Part shown: positions 53,055 to 64,000 of the stretch, piece after piece
How positions within the stretch are numbered: the first letter of the stretch is position 1
How the letters are laid out: the number at the start of each line of letters is the position of its first letter
NCBI GenBank assembly: GCA_036172245.1
Contig: JAYWIR010000058.1
Span: 620,001 to 684,000, forward strand
Direction: 5' to 3'
Origin: Raillietiella orientalis
Lineage: Eukaryota
Length of the DNA: 64,000 nucleotides
Position numbers and translations under genes: made by a program
The notes under the pieces: model-generated
Told to the model about the DNA's origin: nothing
What the model saw: only the letters and a program-made list of their open reading frames with translations
Databases searched by the model: none

Positions 53055-53950
53055 ACTCTCGGGGCTTATATGAGGCCCACGATATCTCAAGAACTTTGTC
53101 ACTCCCCGTGGAGGCATTCTGGGTGCATGCAACCTCGCGAGAGCATGAGAAGAAACCGGAGCTCGCCTCTCGACCGATTCGAGGAGCGCCCTCCCGCTTC
53201 CTCTATAAAGGTGGCCGCCTGCTCGCCCCTCGACCTTTGGAAGCAGAAGTAATTCACCCGAGATAAATACGGGTCGAGTGCCTCGACCCTGTCTCGGTTG
53301 CCGAGATCCACCCGTGCAACTCGTCAGATCCCTGCTTGGCGATGCTCGGCGGCGCAGGGCCTTCGCCGTCCGAGTGCGCTTGCACTCTATGCTGGATCCC
53401 CTGGACAAGGGGAGAAACCAGCTCTCTGCAGAGCCAAAAGTTCGAGCCGAGGAGGGCGTTTCTTCCTCGACGGGACCCTTGGTCCCATCCCAAGGTTCCC
53501 CGAAATCAAACAGTAGATCGCCCTGAATCGGATCGCCTTCCAGAGCAGCAGGTGAGGTGTCACTTTCGCAGCGTCTCTTCTGGCTGGTGTCCAGACCCTT
53601 ATTCTGCCCTCTCTTATCGACCTCGCTCACTCCGCTTCCCCGTCGATCCAGAAACGATCCCCTAAGTCCTCAGTTTTTCCCCCACTCTCGCAGGAATCTC
53701 CCCGTTTACATACTCTGCTTTTCCCCCACCTGGAGGAGGGTTACCATAGGCGATCGATTCCTCGGAACACCCTGAGAACGGGTCCTTGTGGACTCCTCAT
53801 CCCACTTCCTCAAAGGGAGAAAGTGATGGAGAAGGATAGAGGCAGGAATCGTTGGTGTCTGAGCTCTGCGACCAGTAGGATCTCCCAAGAGCCCAGTCTC
53901 CACCCTCACCCACTTCCTCCACGAGCTGGAGTTCAGAAAGTGATCCTACA
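53055..53950 (-). mobile_element. Decayed LINE ORF1/endonuclease remnant immediately upstream of the GPx paralogue
   Basis: RVETGLLG....TIPASI (ORF1-like, 53706-53909), then DLGNRDRVEALDPYLSRVNYFCFQ ... DIVGLI*AP (cf. GL.N..K....L...D..CLQE ... IN.YAP). Confidence 0.35.
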
Positions 53951-54791
53951 GCAGGAGGGATGCGCAACTGTGCTGCTCCTTGTATCGTCATCCGTACCAT
54001 GGCAAAGTGGTTTGGAGGAGAGGGATCGGGAGAAAGGATCTGCTTCTGCTGTGCCTGCCGTCACTGCTGGTTCGTCTCTTCTCCCCTTCTATTTTTCCTT
54101 CCTTCTTCACTTTCCCTTTCCCTTGCTGCTTCTCGATCCTAGTCCAAACTGCTCACCTCCTTTTTCGCCTGTGAGTAACCTGCACGGCTACACCTTCGTG
54201 CTGGTCCATCCTTTCTGAGGTTCCGAAAGACAGTCAGCACCAGAAGGTGCAGGCTTTCTGTTCTAGCAGTCTCCTTCTTGCCTCCTCCCTTTCAGGACGC
54301 CCGTTCCGGAAGGAGGGAAGCTGCTCATGGATGAGACCTGCAGCCTCCGGAAACTTCCCGGAAACCCAGCTTCCACGACTTCATCCGGGCGAACGACTTG
54401 CACTCCCTCCGTAGATTGCTCACTAGCAGAGGAAATTCACTTGTCTTTCTCTCCCCCTCTTCTTCCTTTCTCCCCAGCGCCAAAGCCCCCAGCTCCACCT
54501 CCTTCCCTGTTCTCCTCCTCCTCTCCTTCCTCCCCTCCTTCCTTTCACCTTGAAGTATGCGGAAACTAAACTTAGCGCTCGGGGAAGGGGGGTCGGACCT
54601 CAGAAGCGACCTCTAACCAAGTGCCCCGAGCGGGGATTGTTCTTCGAATCGTTGGCGTCTGCATCTTCGGTCGTCGTCGTCTTCATTTTCTTTCCACGCC
54701 GGTCCAAGACGACGAGTGGACCCGCTCGCGCTGCGGATCTCCAGAGAGCCTGAGCAGTTGTAGATGTTGTCCGGAGGGCCACACTGTGGGA

Positions 54792-55163
54792 ATGGGTGCA
54801 ATTCTCCTCCTCCTCTCTCTAGGCACGAGCACGAATGCGCTGGTCACTGCTGCAGCGGATCAAGGTGCCGCGACATGCTGACAACGATCTTCCCTCTTCC
54901 CAGTCTTCCCTCCCTCCTTCCTTCCAGACGCAAGGTTCCGCTCCCAGGAGCCCACGAGCAGCAACGAAGGGAGGAACAGAGCCTCGAGCATCCATTGCGA
55001 GCGGATCCCGAGAGTTTCCGGTCGCTCAGAACCGGAGGCGTCATACGCAAGCAGTGCTCGGCCAGGTCCCTGTCGTTCCTGGTTTTGGGATGGCTTGCCA
55101 GAACCAACTGCAGTTGAACCTCGAGCACACCAGAATGGCGCAGATCCGCGCTCACGGAAATGA
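54792..55163 (+). CDS. Hypothetical small secreted protein (102 aa, two exons)
   Basis: MGAILLLLSLGTSTNA signal-like exon 54792-54864; 63-nt intron with GCTGAC branch-like motif and long pyrimidine tract; exon 54928-55163 open in the required phase. Weak donor (GTGCCG) and no recognised homology. Confidence 0.2.
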
Positions 55164-56649
55164 GTTTTCCCACCTGCCACGTTGAGAGTGGCTGCTGCAG
55201 CGCCGCATCGTGGTCGTCGTTTCGAAAGCGCCATCTTTTGTTTAGATGCGCGCACCACCTGTGTTTTCTAATGTGAAACGTGCGAAAGTGACGCCCACGG
55301 GCTCCTTCCTTGCACCCTCATCTTTTGCATGCCTTTCCTCCTCTGTTTCGGCCTTTCCTTGGCCTGGATTCTTCCTTAGACGAAAGACAGTTTGCTTTCG
55401 AGCTGTTTCCACTTTAAGATCCGCTTGCATTCCTACGGCATCCTTCCCAGGGTTCCGAAGGAAACCAAAAGAGCTTCTTTCCGCTACGCAACAATGCAGG
55501 TGATGAGCAGAAAAACCGATAGGCTGCTTCAAGGACTTTTTCGTGGATCCTAAGACTCATTAGAAACCCTATGGTAGGCAAGCAGACAGCTGGTAAAATC
55601 AGCTGCGTCTTACGATTGCGCCTTTACTTCGTTCCAAGGGAGTGGAGGAAGGGAATCTTCTCTGCATCCAGCTCATGTCCGCTCAGGCGTCTCGTCTAAA
55701 TGATACTGTTGCTCGTCCCCAGTCCTTCCTCCTCGACTGTGTAGGTGCCCATTGGCCCTTCTAAGGGAACGTGCCGGTCGCCTCTTCATCTTCAGATGCC
55801 TCTTTCTTTCAGGCGTGGAGACTGTCTCTGTGCTTTCCCTCCTTCGCTTTTTCCTTTCATTCCGCAATCTTGAGATCTTGCAGCGTCGTCGGTTCTGGCC
55901 GGCCAAACCGCGACTGCGCCCTCGAGAGAATCCTTCCTCTGGAGCATCGTAGAGCATTCCTCCTCGCCTCTTTTGACGCCTTTCCATCCATGTAGAACCG
56001 CCCTTGGGAAGGCCGTCAGCCTTAGCAAATGTTGGCAGACCATGTCGCCGTCATGGCCAGCCTCCATCGACCTAGAAACCAGGGGAACAGAAGACACCAG
56101 CCAAAAGAAAAGCCGCTTGATGTGCCTCGAGATCGTCTTTGCTGAGAAAATTTCAAGAAAATCTGCTGCTGCTTCTGGCTCTCAGAAGCTTCTGAAGCCC
56201 ACTTCACTAAGCTTTTGTTTCTCGGCTCCTCGTTTAGGGAAATAATAGAGGGAGTTCGATTCCCTTCCACAGGAGCACCCTCTTCTAGAGGTAACACTCG
56301 CCGCTCTGTGGAAAGAACCCGAAGTTTTTTTTCTTTCCAGCGTTGTAGAGCTACTTATTGCCATCTCGCGAAAGACTGCAGAGACATATTTCGGCGTTGT
56401 TTTCTTATGCTGCCCAACGGTCGAGATGCACAAGCAGACTGGAAAAGACAGGGGTCTCAGATTCCCCAGAAGGTCAGTAAGTGATAGGTGGAGGTTTCTG
56501 GCGAAGCAGACCATTATATTAGCTACAGAGATAGACAGATGGGGAGCAGAAGCGGACTGTGATTACTAGTTGAAAGGAAACAAGGCAGATGACGCGTGCC
56601 GACGTGTAGAGCAGCAATCGCACCCACCCCTTGTAGCTTTTCCTATCCC

Positions 56650-56872
56650 CGAAGGGTGATCCCTTCCCTAACCTTCCATTTTTTTCTGTGAATTGTGTTG
56701 TGTTTTTTATTTTTATTTGTACTTTTCCCCTCCGCTATCGAAGCGAACCTCGCCGGCCTGCGTGCCGGTTACTCGGCAAGTTCCGAACATTTTGGAAGGT
56801 TGTAGGGCCGATGGTCCTACACTTTGTATATTTATTTCTACAATAAACTCCCCGACCCAACCGGATGATAAT
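56650..56872 (+). mobile_element. LINE 3' UTR/terminus fragment related to the 43-46 kb element
   Basis: Shares gtgatcccttccc, the T-rich tract, cccctccgct and AATAAAC-N14-GGATGATAA with the 3' end of the 43101-46560 element. Confidence 0.7.
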
Positions 56873-57769
56873 ACTATCCTGGAAAGAGCACTTACGGCTG
56901 GAGGAGTATCCTCCAGAGGTCTCTTTGGGACATTTCTGACAGAAAGGGGAGGGTGAGGGAAGAGTATGAATAATTCCAGCCTCTGCAAGGGCGCCTGCTT
57001 CCGGCGGTAGTCCTCCTCGCCCGCTGCTGCGCCACGCGCCATCCATCACGCCGAGGCATTTTCGAAGTGAGCAAAAAGATGGGAAAAGGAAACTGGGGTT
57101 CTGAGCGAAAGGGAGGAGAGGAAGCTGCAACTTCTCCAGCTGCGAGGTGAAAGCCAGGTGACGAACCTGCCGCTTCCCAGACGGGAGAGAGGGACGAGTG
57201 GAGGAGAGGGGAGGGGACGAAGGCGCGCGCTAAAGTCGATTCCTCTCGTCTCGTACCTTGACTCCCCCCTTTCTCCTCCCACGCGCTGTCTTGCGCTGAG
57301 AGCTTTGCTCTAAAAGCTTTTTATCCTCATGGGACGGGGAAGGAGGAGGATCGTGCAGAAAGCACCGGGCTGCGGAGTGAGCTTAGAGTCTGAGCCTCAA
57401 GAAAGGGGACCAGTGGGGGGAAGGGCATCCAGTCCCGAAAAATGAAAGTCCGCCAGAAGCGTTCGTGAGGTGGACGTATGGGGTGTCCACGTGTCATCGT
57501 CCCCGGAGTCTGACGAAGCGCAGCCGCCGGAACTTTCGGGGTTTGGGGTAGGGTGAGGGTGAGGGAAGGTCCAGGGCAATTCAGAAGGAGCAACGGGTAC
57601 ACTTTGCACTCCCTCGTCCTCCAGGAAGAGCTGGAGATCACCACAACCGGGAATGAGGGAATGCTGCAAGGGACGTCGGCCGCACAGTTCCACCCCTCAG
57701 CCGAACAGGATATCTTCGAAGCACCGACGGGCCTTTCTCCTTCGGGAGAAGCAGGCGGCTCCAGGGAAA

Positions 57770-58495
57770 GAGGGTGGAAGCAGGGGCAGGGAAACGGGTC
57801 TCCCTCAAGTGGCGAGAGTCGGCGTGCTTGATGTTCTATTGATGCTTCCCATGCAAAGCATGCCGACATCATTGGAGGGAGGTTGAACCTGAACAGTTGC
57901 AAGTGCGGAGAAAGAGAATCACTCTCGAATCTACTTGTGGACTGTGTTGTCCTCCTGCCCCTATAAGAACGTTTCACTTCGACCCTAAGCATCCCGGTTG
58001 GCAACCCCAGGGACGTTTTTAAACTCCTCTTCGCGCGAGATGCCCTGCAGCCTGCATCCCACTTAGCAGCTCTTTGCTGCATCCGCGGGATTGTGGCGTC
58101 CTGGAGCGAAGCCGATAGAGCACAAGGCAGAAGGGACACTATCCAATTCGTTATTCGCTTTCTGCAGATAGCAGGCCAGATAGTACCACCTGAGTAGCAT
58201 GCAAATGGAACTTGTTGGATCCTAGAAAGGATGCAGAGGACACCTCCAAGCAGATTGTGACCCCGTTCTGTACCCTCCACTTTGTTTTCTTATTCATTTT
58301 TATTTAATTCTTATTTTATTATTTTTGCTTTTTCGTTTGCTCCTCTCTCTGCTGCCAAGGCGAGCTCGCTAGTTTTGTACCAGCACCTTGGCAGGTTCCT
58401 TGTGTATATGAGCGTGGTAGGACCAAGGGTCCTACCAATACCTTTGGAAGTTCATTGTTCATTCAATAAACTTCCCGTAGTGAATGGGTGATAAT
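57770..58495 (+). mobile_element. 5'-truncated LINE 3' end (ORF2 C-terminus plus 3' UTR)
   Basis: CKCGERESLSNLLVDCV and RDALQPASHLAALCCIRGIVASWS match the 43.1-43.7 kb element (CVRCGERESLPHLLVDCV; RDALQPAAVVAALSCIRGIVAAWS); AATAAA at 58465-58470. Confidence 0.85.
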
Positions 58496-59299
58496 GAAGG
58501 CCTCCCTCGAGAGGGGTCATTGTGCTGTCCATCCCGGATGGACCCGCGCGCGTGCTCTGTCTGAGTAGGCTCCGTTCCCTGCCCCGGTTGTCCCGGATGC
58601 TGCTGCGGGAAGGAGGAAGGACTGGATCAGGTGCAGAAGAAGCCTCTCAGGTCGTTGCCGTCGCCCCCATCCGGGTGACCTTGAGTTGCGCCTCCCCGGC
58701 GTACGCGCGCTCTGGAAAAGCTCCCGAGGGGAAACGAGGGAGGAAGAGAACGTCAGCAGAGGAAGGGGAAGAGGGGAAGGAGAGGAAAATTTGCGGACCA
58801 GCCGGCAGCTCCTCTGCAAGGGCTGCTGAGTGGCGCGGCAGCCCTTGCGTGGCGCTATCGTAGCGAGGAAATTGCTCAGGAAGAGGGGAGCCCCACTCTC
58901 TTTCCTGGAGACCTCTACAGACTGCTCGGGACTTTCGGAGCGGCTTCCGCGGCCTTCTAGCAGCTGTTGTCATCGAAAAGCAGCCAGAAAGGGTGCTGCC
59001 AATGGAGCAGGGCGGAAGCAGGAGGGGTCCGCTTTCTGTGCTCCGTTCCCTTCCTGCGGTGACCACCGCCCTCCTTTCCCGCGTTCTCCTCTGGAGACGC
59101 ATTCGGAAGTCCTGCCGTATCTCCGAACAATCCTGGGGAAGGGAGGACCGGCCATCCGCCGCTTCCTTCCTCTCGGACAGAGGAAGATGAGGAATCCACC
59201 TCTCCTCTCGCTCCTACCGTTCCCTGGAGATTCCTCCTGGGGCAGGAAGGCACCTGAAAACTCCCTTTGTGAGGCCTCGACTCACGGGGCTGCGGTTGG

Positions 59300-59900
59300 C
59301 TTGAGGAGAACCCCTGGGGGGCCTCGACTGCCCACACCACCTCAGTCTTCACCTTGCTGTCCGGGAACCCTTTTTCGCCTCTGAGCTTTGCCGAGTGCTG
59401 CAGCCGCCTCACTACCGACTTCTTCGTCCACCAGGTAGATCGCTTGCCCAAGGGGAGATCTCCTTGCCCCCAAAAGGGGAACGAAACTCGCTGCTTGCCT
59501 GAGTGGAGTCCGAAGTAATGGTTCACCCCGCACTTCTGCAAGAGGGGGTGGAGAGGTGACCAATGGGGGACAGTCGCCCTGCTCGGCGAGGGGGGTTATA
59601 AAAAATGCATGGAGGGAGGAGGAAGGGAAGCGAGGACCGACTCGTCTCCCCGTGACTTTCCCTTCCCAACCCATGGGGCAAGCAGGGAGCCTTTCGAGGA
59701 AAGCGGGAAGCTCGGGCTGGAGCCCCGGCCACAGGCTCTTGCTTGACCCCGAGATTGAGTCGGAACATTCGAAAGGACAAAAGGAAGGCGGTAAGATGAG
59801 ACGATGGAGGTTCCGCTTTTGGTCTTCTGGTGGTGCCTCTCGACAGGCGCTGAGTGGCACCGACGAGAGCAGGCCGGGAATCCGGCAAAGGGGAGACACA
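59300..59900 (-). mobile_element. Possible LINE ORF1 remnant
   Basis: KTKSGTSIVSSYRL...NVPT followed by a degenerate QKCG..H knuckle-like segment. Weak evidence. Confidence 0.2.
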
Positions 59901-62329
59901 CAGGGAAGAGTCAGAAAATGAGGAGAGAAAAGTGGAGTGGCAGTGGGAAAGTGAGGGAAGCAACGGGGACGCCGGCTTGCCCCGAAAGAGCAGAGGGCAA
60001 GATTCAGGAGTTCGCGCGAAGAGTTCCTCCTGGCTCGTAAGACTCGACGCGGGAAGGAACGCAGACAGCGGCTGTCGGCCGCTCGCTTCCGCCTAATCCG
60101 GAGTCTAGTTCCGCGTTCTGCAGAGCTGCGCTTGGCTGAAGGCGGCGGTACAAACCCACCGAGGAGGCTCTTGCGAGAATGTCGCGACGGAATTTTCCGG
60201 AAGCGAAAAACTCGAGTGATGGGGAAGTTGAGAGAAAGGGAAGGAGAGGGACAGTGCGGAAAGCAAGTTTGGAGAAGCTCCCTCCCCTCCCTTTCCCTCC
60301 TCTTTCCTCTGTCACTTCCTTGAGTTGTTTCCCGCGTGAGACGACAGAAGCTGAAAAAAATTCGTCAGCCACTCATGGTGTCAGCCATGTCGGTATCGCG
60401 AAGCGGGAATCGGAAGCCATAAGGAAGGAAATGAACGTGAAGAACGTAGCGTATGTTTAAAAAAAATTTTTCCCCTCTTTTTCCTCTTCTGCGTTCCCGG
60501 AGAGGATTCGAAGCCAAGTTCTCAGTTCCTAGGCTTGAGTTGAGAAACTGAATCTCTGTCCCCAGGGGAAAAAGAGCGGCCGGCCCAACACCCAGCAATA
60601 CACACAGCTGCTTTAATGGCGCTCTAATAGCTGGACGGGAAACCGGGGTGCATCTCCCTACGAGAGGAGCAAACGGTGAAACATGGCTGTTCTCCGCATG
60701 TATAAATACGCTCAAGCGGGAAAGCAACAATACCGGTTGTTTCCGAGAATGCGGTTATATTTAAAGCCGCGAGTGCGATCATGCGCACTGGAAAACGGAT
60801 TGTAGTACGGAAATTCTTGAAGGCCGCATTCTTCATGATTCTCCAGGCTGTCTCTCCTTGTTTTTCTGGACTTCTCAGATCCTGAGGGGACCCCCACAGA
60901 GTTGCTCCAGTGTGCTTTGTCACGAACTCCAACAAGGTGAGCGAGTTCCTATTTTATAAAGTATCCTAAAGTGCATGAAAGGTACATGTGCGTTTTTGTG
61001 CCGGCATCGATGATCGAGTTATGCAAATGCAAACATGCAAACAAATAGCGAAACAAAGGTGATAGATTTTAACCCTCCTTATCAGAGTGAACGGACGCAC
61101 ACAGTGACCACTTGTGGTTCTTCTAAATTGCATTTGGGTTCCATTGGGGGTGAATTGCATCTTTTATTGTTTTTTGATGATTCTATCGATTGCATGAGCT
61201 CAACGATGAGAGATTTCTATCGGATTCAGTTGGATTCCTCGAGTAATCATTCCGTAATTTAAATGTGTTTAACGTAGAGTTCTGTGTTCTCTTTGCAAAA
61301 ATTTTTCCTTGTTTCGTTGTCTCTCTCTTTTGCGGAAGACTTTGGATAGTTTTGTTGGCAGGAATTTTCTGTAACCATGAGAAGGGTGGAGTGAGATGAA
61401 ATTTCTGAACCGCACCTTCCCTTTTGGCAAGCCGAGAATGGTGGTTCCCAGCCGCTAATGGTGGTACATGTTTTTCGCTTTTGATGAGGCTGCTAGGTTG
61501 CCGATCTTCAGGTCCAGCATGTTGCTAATTAAAGTCTGTGAATTTTGATTTCAGCAGCCCGAAAATCGACTTTTTCGGAAGTCAATTCTTTCTTCTAGTG
61601 GCAAATTTTGCCAATACATCTCTCTATCTTGCCCTGAGCAGGTTGAGGATGTTTGTTTGCTCCGACATCCCTGTGCTAACAAGACAATGATAGTAAATTT
61701 TCTATAGAGTTGCTCATAACTGTCCAGCAAATTCGATAGAAGGGATGCTTAGAGGGATCCATGCCTTAACATCCGTCTACCTTTGGGTTGCATTGGTGAG
61801 AACGAAAGCACCGCAGTTACTGGCCTTCTTAACGCTAGCTTGATTTTGGATATGTCCATGAGGCGAGCAGACATGCTGTTTGCTTGAATGACAGCCTCCA
61901 GCTCTTCGTTTGTAGAGATTTGCGGGAGAATGAATGGGTGATACTGTCAAGTTATAACCAAGAATTCAAGAGCAATGGATCTCTTCCTTTAAGACTCTAG
62001 ATTTTCCTTGGATTCTTTCTCTAGGGTTTATTGTATAAGCAGCAGCACAAATGATGGCGTCGAAACGGTTTCTAGCTTGACAATGCAACAACATGTAAAC
62101 GAGTAATCTTTTGCGCAGGTGTGCTTCAGGTGTGCTTGAGTGATTGTCTTTACGGTGGAAGAGTCATGAAATTTCTCATCCACTGTAGTTCAACCCTAGT
62201 GCGATGAGAATAATAGTCAATGCTTCGAAAACAATAGTTTAAAGAATGAGGAAGTGGGCGACATGGTCCCAGTGGTTGAACTAGGAGGCCTTGTATAGAT
62301 AGCATAGACTAAGGTGACGACTCTTTCCA

Positions 62330-63570
62330 CAGCAGCATGGTTCGCTTTGTATGTCTTCTGACGTGTGGTTCTCCGAAGTCGGACTACTCTTCGATGGTTT
62401 CCCTGCTGTCTTCGAATTTGGAATATTCGCACATATTGTGTTGAGAGTCTGGACCAATCTCTAGATCTTCACACTTGATGCTTGAAACAAACTACTGAGA
62501 GTCCAAAGATTTCACTTGCTCTCCTGATCCGATCAGAATTCCTTTGATTGCTAAGGATCTCTCAGTTTGTGCCACAGAATTTTCGTCTTAACTGTATTAT
62601 CAACTACACCTCTTGAATCCAGTAATTCGAGAGATGGGACTTTGAGCCCAATGATGGTCTCCATTTCTTTGTAATCCAGATGGAAAGGCAGTGACTATTT
62701 GACACTGGCTGTTAGGAATCACTCGAGATGCCTAACGGATCAGGATTCCGGAGAAACAAGCCTTATTGGGGAGCAGCTTGTCTCATTGGGGGCGAACTCT
62801 TAGCAAGGAGAAAACGAAAAAACTGATCTACCAGGAGCAGAATTTGCTATATCACTCCAAGTGACAGCGTCAAATTTCCTCTGAAATGTTACTGGGTATA
62901 GATACGTGAGACGAAACCAGAAAGAACGTTCTTCAGAGGTAGCGTGTCAGAGACCATACTTTTAGAGGGAGGAAATTGAAAACTCCGAAGGACTCAAGGA
63001 AAATTTAGGAAATACTTCATGTCGGGATGCTCTTTGTATGGGGTGAAGAGCTCGATTTGCTGTTACCATCTTTTTCTGGACAGCAGAAAGACGGTCATCT
63101 AATTCAGCTCAACTACCCCTCATAAATGTCATGTGAATGAAGTTCTCCTCAATCCTGCTTACTCTACCAGTTCTTGCAGCACCATTCATTATCGGAGGTA
63201 GAAGAAGGAAATGTAGCTTTCTTTTTTATCTAATAAGGGTGATCACTTGTGGCCCCTACATTCTGGGAGAGAAGTCAATGCAAAAATGGGAAGCAAGATG
63301 CAGCTTGACAAACTCAAAGACTTCATCTTTGTTTCGCCTTTCTTTGTAGTGAGGAGTCACGTTTTCTCACTTCTTTTCGATGCCCTCCTCGGTTTGGAAT
63401 TCTCCGGGAGACTCACTTGGACAGCAGGGAAGCAAAAGACAGAAGCGCTTGGAAAAAAATTTGCGAGCAGCCTTCGAAACAAGGACCAAACAGGTCTTGG
63501 AACTATAAACCGTTCCATTTCTGACGAAGAGAGAACTACGGAAGAAGATTTGCAAGAAATTGCCTTTGGC
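62330..63570 (+). mobile_element. Decayed LINE RT remnant
   Basis: VRFVCLLTC (cf. WRPISLLNC), GFRRNKP (cf. GVRQG.P), RKYF (cf. KYLG) and KDQTGLG (cf. K..GGLG), in order. Confidence 0.3.
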
Positions 63571-64000
63571 TGAACTTAGAAGCGAAGCCGTTCCACGGAA
63601 GCGTATTTGGCAAGAGTCTCAGGTCTCCACGTCCAGTCGGTTCCATCTGTGTTGAAGTCTGGGATCAGTCCTGGAAAAGAAATGAAGTTATAAAAAGATC
63701 CAGGAATCCATTAGCATTTTGGAGCTGAACACTCCTGTCTTTTCACTAATTCTATTGAGAGCCGATGCGACTTCTTACGTGAGGTCGAAACTGAACGCGG
63801 AACTCTGGACAGACAACGGGATGAAAACACGGGGGGAAGAACTGATTTTCTTCGGCTTAGTCTTCTGGAACGAAGGAGATGCCTTAGCATCTTCCGGAAC
63901 TAATCGTAAAAACTGCCTCCTTATGAGGAAAGGAGTGCGCAGTGATGCTTGCAGAAGGCAAAACATCTGGTGTAGTTCAAACATGTATCATTACACCCTG

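Noticed and set aside
57327..58280. 317-aa minus-strand ORF
   Set aside because: Largely antisense to the plus-strand LINE 3' fragment, with no domain features.

Overview
Eukaryotic genomic DNA, probably from a non-insect arthropod. This is inferred from very short GT-AG introns, UGA-selenocysteine GPx genes and an arthropod-type secreted protein; the species cannot be determined. Five protein-coding genes can be assembled by hand. (1) A Pro-rich secreted protein (+, ~12.6-15.2 kb). (2) A canonical GPx4/PHGPx selenoprotein with in-frame TGA and an AUGA-type SECIS (+, 24564-27235). (3) A WCPPC nucleoredoxin-like thioredoxin (+, 30674-31316). (4) SLC7A6OS/Iwr1 (+, 37544-38479). (5) A second, strongly diverged GPx4 paralogue (-, 51960-53028) with the same exon structure, an in-frame TGA at the Sec position, a GUGA-type SECIS candidate, a hydrophobic leader and remodelled active-site motifs. 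The ORF track misses both selenoproteins. Most of the remaining DNA looks like decayed L1/Tx1-clade LINEs, including a nested pair at 42-50 kb that contains a frameshifted Su(H)/RBPJ exon. An ~810-bp near-identical inverted repeat pair lies 32 kb apart, and GC-rich and AT-rich blocks alternate sharply. No rRNA, tRNA or CRISPR was seen. All models were read by eye; no searches or folding programs were run.
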